DNA from: Promethearchaeota archaeon
Lineage (GTDB): Archaea; Asgardarchaeota; Lokiarchaeia; Sigyniarchaeales; Promethearchaeaceae
NCBI GenBank assembly: GCA_016933055.1
Contig: JAFGBS010000009.1
Span: 570,001 to 602,000 of the forward strand
Direction of reading: 5' to 3'
DNA: 32,000 bases
Shown here: piece after piece, positions 27,389 through 32,000 of the stretch
Layout: the number at the start of each line of letters is the position of its first letter
Numbering within the stretch: the stretch's first letter is position 1
The notes under the pieces: generated by a model
The model's database searches: none
What the model was told of the DNA's origin: nothing
Seen by the model: the letters and a program-made list of their open reading frames with translations, nothing else
Made by a program: the position numbers and the translations under genes

Positions 27389-28539
27389 AACCAGTCTCAG
27401 ATGCAGTACTTCATTCAAAAAAAAGCAGTATCCGAAAATTATTTGAACTATTTTTGAAAAGCACCGATGCGATTTCATTGGGTATCGGACAACCGGATTT
27501 TCAAACGCCTGAAAATATTATGAATGGGATTCGAAAAGCACTGGATAATCAGAAAACAATGTATCCACCAGCATTAGGTATAGATGAACTACGGGAAGCG
27601 GTTGGAGAAAAGTTCCGAAAAGAAAATAGTATGAGATGGGTTCAAAAAGAGAATGTTATGGTCACTGTTGGAGGATCGCAGGCAATAGCATTGACCTTTG
27701 CTGCTTTAACCAACCCTGGAGATGAAATCCTAATAAATTCCCCTAATTTCTTATCGTATTATTATATACCTGCATATTATCATACTAATTTGGTAGAAGT
27801 CGCAAGAAATCCTGATTATTCCATTAATTTTGAGCAACTAGAGAGAAAGATCACTCCAAAAACAAAATTATTGATTATAAATTCTCCAAACAATCCTACT
27901 GGCTACGTTCTTACTAAGAATGAGGTAGAAAAGGTAGTAGATTTGGTAATAAAACATGATCTCTATTTGTTGAGCGATGAAGTATACGAAAAATATCTTT
28001 ATAATGGTAGAACTCATATAAGTCCTGCTAGCTTGGATGGTGTGGAAGATCGAACAATAACCATCAACTCTATTTCAAAAACCTTCTCTGCAACTGGGTT
28101 ACGTGTTGGATATCTTGCTGCACCAGCAGATATTATCCCATTAATGGAAAAATATGCCCAATACACCGCGGCAGGAACTGCCCACCCAATCCAGTATGGA
28201 GCAGTTGCTGGGATAAAAAACGGAAATCCAAAAATGGCAGAAATCATTCGAAAGTATGATGAACGCCGAAAATATTCATTTAAACGATTAGAAGAACTGA
28301 ATTTTGATTGCCCTATTCCACATGGAGCATTTTACATTATGCCCTCGGTGAAGAATTATGCTAAAACGGGAGATCAATTTTCTGAGGATTTATTTAATAA
28401 ACAGAAAGTAGCCGTGGTAGGTGGTTCCTCATTTGGATCATTTTCCAGTGATAAAGTTCGTATTTCCTATGCAACTACTAAGGAAAATTTAGAAAAAGCA
28501 TTTGAACGTATAGAAAAATATCTTGAAGACTTAAAATAA
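27385..28539 (+). CDS. PLP-dependent class I/II aminotransferase (aspartate/aromatic type)
   Basis: GIGQPDF, NSPNNPTG, SDEVYE, SKTFSATGLRVGY (PLP lysine), GAFY; ATGA overlap with acdA. Confidence 0.93.
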   Translation: MKPVSDAVLHSKKSSIRKLFELFLKSTDAISLGIGQPDFQTPENIMNGIRKALDNQKTMYPPALGIDELREAVGEKFRKENSMRWVQKENVMVTVGGSQAIALTFAALTNPGDEILINSPNFLSYYYIPAYYHTNLVEVARNPDYSINFEQLERKITPKTKLLIINSPNNPTGYVLTKNEVEKVVDLVIKHDLYLLSDEVYEKYLYNGRTHISPASLDGVEDRTITINSISKTFSATGLRVGYLAAPADIIPLMEKYAQYTAAGTAHPIQYGAVAGIKNGNPKMAEIIRKYDERRKYSFKRLEELNFDCPIPHGAFYIMPSVKNYAKTGDQFSEDLFNKQKVAVVGGSSFGSFSSDKVRISYATTKENLEKAFERIEKYLEDLK

Positions 28540-28778
28540 AGAGATAATACCCGAATAAATTATTATTCCAATTATTCCCATGGGAAATTTTCAAATAATA
28601 ATTAATTTATTTTTTAATTCCCAATATTTCTCCAAAATTATAATTCCCTTTATATTTGGTAATTTCATTTTCAGAAGTTAATATAGAGATTCGAATGACC
28701 CCTCCATCGATGAATCTATTCCTTTTAGGAATTACTCTTATTCTATTTTTAGACCAGCCCCCTTACTTATAGGATATA

Positions 28779-28786
28779 TTTATAAA
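28779..28786 (+). promoter_or_regulatory. Putative TATA box for the Lys-rich micro-ORF
   Basis: tttataaa about 70 nt upstream of ATG 28857; purine-rich gaaggaaagga directly before the ATG. Confidence 0.4.
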
Positions 28787-28856
28787 CTCAAAATACATCC
28801 TTTCTACAACTTCAATAAATTTGGAAGTTATTTTAAAAAAACCGAAGGAAAGGATC

Positions 28857-28934
28857 ATGGCCAAAAAAACAACAAAAGCAAAAACACCAAAGAAAACAAC
28901 TAAAAAAACCAAAAAGAAATCTACTAAGAAATAA
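28857..28934 (+). CDS. 25-aa Lys/Thr-rich micro-protein MAKKTTKAKTPKKTTKKTKKKSTKK (not in the ORF track)
   Basis: ATG 28857 to TAA 28932-28934, translated by hand; SD-like aagga upstream; synonymous codon variation (aaa/aag; aca/act/acc); hairpin downstream. Confidence 0.6.
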   Translation: MAKKTTKAKTPKKTTKKTKKKSTKK

Positions 28935-29027
28935 TTCTTGATAGAATTGTGTATTATTGGGTATTTTGGTTCGCTTAAAGATTCACATGGAAGCTTAGCA
29001 AGAAAAAGAATCAAAAAATAAAGAAAA

Positions 29028-29050
29028 ATAGGAATTATTACAATTCCTAT
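29028..29050. terminator. Hairpin between convergent genes, possible bidirectional terminator
   Basis: ataggaatt-attac-aattcctat is a perfect 9-bp stem, followed by a T-tract on + and a long T-rich tract on -. Confidence 0.55.
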
Positions 29051-29900
29051 GATATATTTTTTATCTGCATTGTGGTCGATAAATCCTACCCATTATCATA
29101 CCCCCAAATTAAAATACTCTTCTTCAATGCCATTTCTGTGTTAAATACTTCTTGCACGGTTGATTTGAAAAAAAGTGTATACTCTACAGCAGAGTTCAAG
29201 AAATTTGATAACATTGCCTTGGATCCAGATTCTTTTTGAACATTGGGATTTTGGAAAGTTAATTTAATTATATCCTCGATAACCATATTGGGATCCAACT
29301 TGTAATTCAATCCGAAAGTAATAGATCTGGTGACGATATGTGTTTTTTGACCGTAATTGATAACATCTGATTAGAAATTCTTGATTGGGTACAGAAATTT
29401 CGGTGTTGTCCAGATGACGCAATTTAGTATAAACGAATCGAATCTGGAACACCTCCGCGATTTTTTCTTGATATTTTATTCGATCTCCAACACGGAATGG
29501 TTTGGTTGTCATTAATATTAATCCAAAAATGACATTCCCGATGGTATTTACCGAAGCAAAACCGAAAATGGTTGCACCAGAGAATGCAAAAATTCCAGTT
29601 ACTAATCCTGATGCTTCAGAAAAGAATACAATGAAAAGTAAACTGACATAAAATACAATAAATCTTTGAATGCTTTGACGTGCAATTTTATCGATCTTAC
29701 CCCCACTTTTCCACTTTTTTCAATTGGGGAATGATAACCAAACGTGTCATAATCCAATAAAAGAATAAAAGAAATACTACTATGCTAATTTTGATTAGAT
29801 TTCCATAGGTAGGGTCCCTTTTATCAAAAGGTTTTTGTTTCCATTCCCAAATCGCTAACAAAAAACTTAGTATCAATAATAAGATAGATAATTGATAATT
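29047..29900 (-). pseudogene. mscS: MscS-family small-conductance mechanosensitive channel, frameshifted
   Basis: TM3/beta-domain motif GATIFGFASVNTIGNVIFGLILMTTKPFRVGDRI and ISVPNQ..VINY. Frameshifts at the T6 run 29715-29720 and near 29371, an in-frame TAG at 29088-29086, and no intact start. Confidence 0.8.
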
Positions 29901-30342
29901 TCGGTTTCTATTATATCCTTTTTTCAGAAAAAAAAGTCTTAGATTGACGATTAGAACTAAAATATTACAAGATTCTTGGAACTAGGCTGCAAATTTCTAT
30001 ATTTTGTTTACATATACTGTGCCAAAACTCTCAGATACGTTAAACATCTTGTCTGCAGTTCCCAAAATATTAATGCATAAATCTAAACTAAGACAACGCA
30101 TTTAAAAGTAATTTTTTTCCCCTAAAATTCACTATGAAGATAATAAAAAAAAAAATAAATTCAGAACATTTATAACGGATTATAAAAGCGTATGGAGGAC
30201 TGTTTTTCTCTTAACGATCACGACGTTTCTCTAGTACCGATTTTACAGAAATATTCCGATAATGCTAAACTTCATTCTATTTTTCCCATAAGTTTTTTAA
30301 TGTGAATCTAACAAAGAAACAAAAACAACGTTAAAAATTGAT

Positions 30343-31272
30343 ATGTCTGAAAAAAACGATATGACGGGATGGATCCTTTTCAAAAGAAAGTCTGAAACTA
30401 CTCCAGGTTGGGGATCTTATGCCGTAAATAGATTAATGGATGTAGCACCTTCCCGAAACATTTCCCTTAAAGTAATTTCCCCCGATAATTTTGATCTTAT
30501 TATTACCCGAGAGAAAAAGACCACATGGATAAATCAACAAGTTGAAAAAATTCCTGATTTTGTCATAACCAGAGTAGGTTCTGGTGCAAGTTATTTTTCT
30601 CTTGCAATAATTCGACATTTAGAACGGTTAGGAGTACATACCTTTAATTGCTCAAAGGGAATAGATATCGTTCGGGATAAATTATATGCCCAACAAGTTT
30701 TGGTTCAAAGCAACCTTCCTGTTCCAAAAACAATTCTAGTAAAATTCCCGGTGAACATCGATTTAGTAGAAAGATATCTAGGTTTTCCCGTAATAGTAAA
30801 AACTGTATTCGGTTCTAAAGGAGCTGGAGTATTTCTATCGGAAGACAGAAGATCATTCGTCGATCTGATGCAGCTTTTAGAAGCAACTAAACCTAATGTG
30901 AATATCATCCTTCAAGAAACAATTACCACTAGTCTTGGAAAAGATTTGCGAGTTTTTGTAGTTGGTGGAAAAATAATAGGATGTATGCAAAGAACCAGTA
31001 AAACTGACAGCTTTAAAGCAAATTTCTCCGCAGGGGCAGATGTAGAGGCATATCCTATCAATTCTGAAATCGAATGGCTAGCAAGACAAAGCGCACGAAC
31101 TTTATCATTGGATATTGCGGGAATTGATCTCTTATTTGATGGGGAGCATTTTAAAATATGTGAGGTCAATGCATCCCCTGGATTTAATGGTCTTGAGCAA
31201 GCAAATCCAGGATTAAATGTTCCCAATGAAATATTTGATTACATATCCTTGCGATTGGGAGAGTTTGATTAA
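30343..31272 (+). CDS. rimK: RimK-family ATP-grasp alpha-L-glutamate/amino-acid ligase
   Basis: PDFVITRVGSG, DKLYAQQVL, FPVIVKTVFGSKGAGV, ILQETI, DLRVFVVGG, FKANFSAG, IAGIDLL, CEVNASPGFNG. Confidence 0.9.
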   Translation: MSEKNDMTGWILFKRKSETTPGWGSYAVNRLMDVAPSRNISLKVISPDNFDLIITREKKTTWINQQVEKIPDFVITRVGSGASYFSLAIIRHLERLGVHTFNCSKGIDIVRDKLYAQQVLVQSNLPVPKTILVKFPVNIDLVERYLGFPVIVKTVFGSKGAGVFLSEDRRSFVDLMQLLEATKPNVNIILQETITTSLGKDLRVFVVGGKIIGCMQRTSKTDSFKANFSAGADVEAYPINSEIEWLARQSARTLSLDIAGIDLLFDGEHFKICEVNASPGFNGLEQANPGLNVPNEIFDYISLRLGEFD

Positions 31273-31274
31273 AA

Positions 31275-32000
31275 TTGAAATTTCAATCCTCACCTAAAAT
31301 ATATCAAAATTTTAAGAGTGCGACACCAGAGAATACCCTAAAAAGCCTAACAAATTGTATGCAGCCCTATTTTTTACCACACATGCAATTTCGAGTAAAA
31401 CCTAATTTATATGGCACCGCATGGGGTGCTCAAATGACTTTATTTGGGAATTATGATTATAATGTGAGATCTAATGGAAAGGGAGACACTCCACACTTGG
31501 CAATCTTGAGTGCCCTGGCAGAATTCACTGAGCGAGTTCAGAGTTTTTTACCTTTTCCAATTGCGAATTATCTGCCGCGACTAATGTTAAAACCAGATTT
31601 GGATAAAAATCATCCAGAATATCAAAAATGGGTGGACTTCAATAAAATTTTGAAAAATGAAACGAATAATAAAACTCCCGCTTTTGAACCTTTTGATACC
31701 ACATTTTACAAATTTTACGATGTTATTGAGAACAAGGAGATATACTTGGATCAATCATTCCTTATTTCTCCTAGTAATGGTCGAGCTGCAGGAAATACAT
31801 ATGAAGAAGCAGTAGTAATGGCGATCACTGAAGTCTTCGAACGATATACGACCAGAATGGTTTTATTGAATAATGAAGCTGTCCCCACAATTTCTCTTGA
31901 ATTTTTATCGAATGATCTTCAGGAATATATCAATTCCATAACAAAGGATGATTTCGAGGTATATATCAAAGATTTTTCATTGGGTAAAGGTTTTCCCGTG
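31275..32000 (+). CDS. ycaO: YcaO-family ATP-dependent peptide backbone modification enzyme, 3' end outside the window
   Basis: Manual translation from TTG 31275: ...FKSATPENTLKSL...SNGKGDTPHLAILSALAEFTERVQ...SNGRAAGNTYEEAVVMAITEVFERY...IKDFSLGKGFPV. It shows both the GKG..SA..E..ER and SNGxAAGNTxEEA..E..ER YcaO motifs. Not in the ORF track. Confidence 0.9.
   Translation, partial: MKFQSSPKIYQNFKSATPENTLKSLTNCMQPYFLPHMQFRVKPNLYGTAWGAQMTLFGNYDYNVRSNGKGDTPHLAILSALAEFTERVQSFLPFPIANYLPRLMLKPDLDKNHPEYQKWVDFNKILKNETNNKTPAFEPFDTTFYKFYDVIENKEIYLDQSFLISPSNGRAAGNTYEEAVVMAITEVFERYTTRMVLLNNEAVPTISLEFLSNDLQEYINSITKDDFEVYIKDFSLGKGFPV

Noticed and set aside
2777-28247. The many short track ORFs nested in or antisense to long genes (e.g. 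2777..3172, 5900..6097, 15436..16935, 19182..19712, 24544..27299, 28014..28247)
   Set aside because: They lie within motif-supported CDSs and have no recognisable motifs of their own, so they are typical shadow ORFs.
28857-28934. Micro-ORF as ribosomal protein eL41 (also 25 aa)
   Set aside because: eL41 is Arg-rich with a conserved W (MRAKWRKKR-type). This peptide has no Arg or Trp.
28763-29014. 83-aa minus-strand ORF with a TM-like F/V/L stretch
   Set aside because: Its hydrophobic stretch is what the antisense of Lys/Thr codons gives. Promoter, RBS and terminator signals favour the + strand micro-ORF. Not fully excluded.
29703-29720. 8-bp tandem duplication (aaaagtgg x2 on the minus strand) as the cause of the mscS frameshift or as a target-site duplication
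   Set aside because: Removing 8 bp does not restore the frame, whereas removing 1 base of the homopolymer does. No element lies between the copies.
30192-30305. 37-aa ORF (MEDCFSLNDH...) upstream of rimK as a RiPP precursor
   Set aside because: It has no RBS, overlaps the likely rimK promoter (aagttttttaatg), and shows no leader/core pattern. Probably chance.
1-32000. CRISPR arrays, tRNA/rRNA genes, IS elements or integrases
   Set aside because: I saw no regularly spaced direct repeats, cloverleaf or rRNA-like GC-rich segments, or transposase/integrase motifs by eye.

Overview
AT-rich, gene-dense prokaryotic window. The gene content (IOR, ADP-forming acyl-CoA synthetase alpha, Trm11-like methylase, CCG-domain Fe-S proteins), TATA-box-type promoters and many orphan proteins point to an anaerobic archaeon, most plausibly a Lokiarchaeia-like Asgard (inference, not checked by search). 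From left to right: (1) a partial ABC exporter, missed by the ORF track, with an about 300-residue TMD-NBD linker; (2) a tRNA methyltransferase; (3) a soluble GIFT/IFT52-like protein; (4) a CooC ATPase flanked by two small paralogous wHTH-like genes, then a TPR protein; (5) an uncharacterised B12-binding/TIM-barrel protein coupled to an opine dehydrogenase; (6) a multipass membrane protein and LarA; (7) a monomeric-type class II RNR with an N-terminal ATP-cone; (8) MtnA, a SAM methyltransferase and two tandem HdrD-like CCG proteins; (9) an iorB-iorA-acdA-aminotransferase operon; (10) an unannotated 25-aa Lys/Thr-rich micro-ORF with its own promoter, RBS and terminator; (11) a frameshifted mscS pseudogene; (12) a rimK-like ATP-grasp gene tightly coupled to a YcaO gene that runs off the right end. 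I saw no rRNA, tRNA, CRISPR array or transposase. All product calls come from motif recognition by eye, with no database searches.
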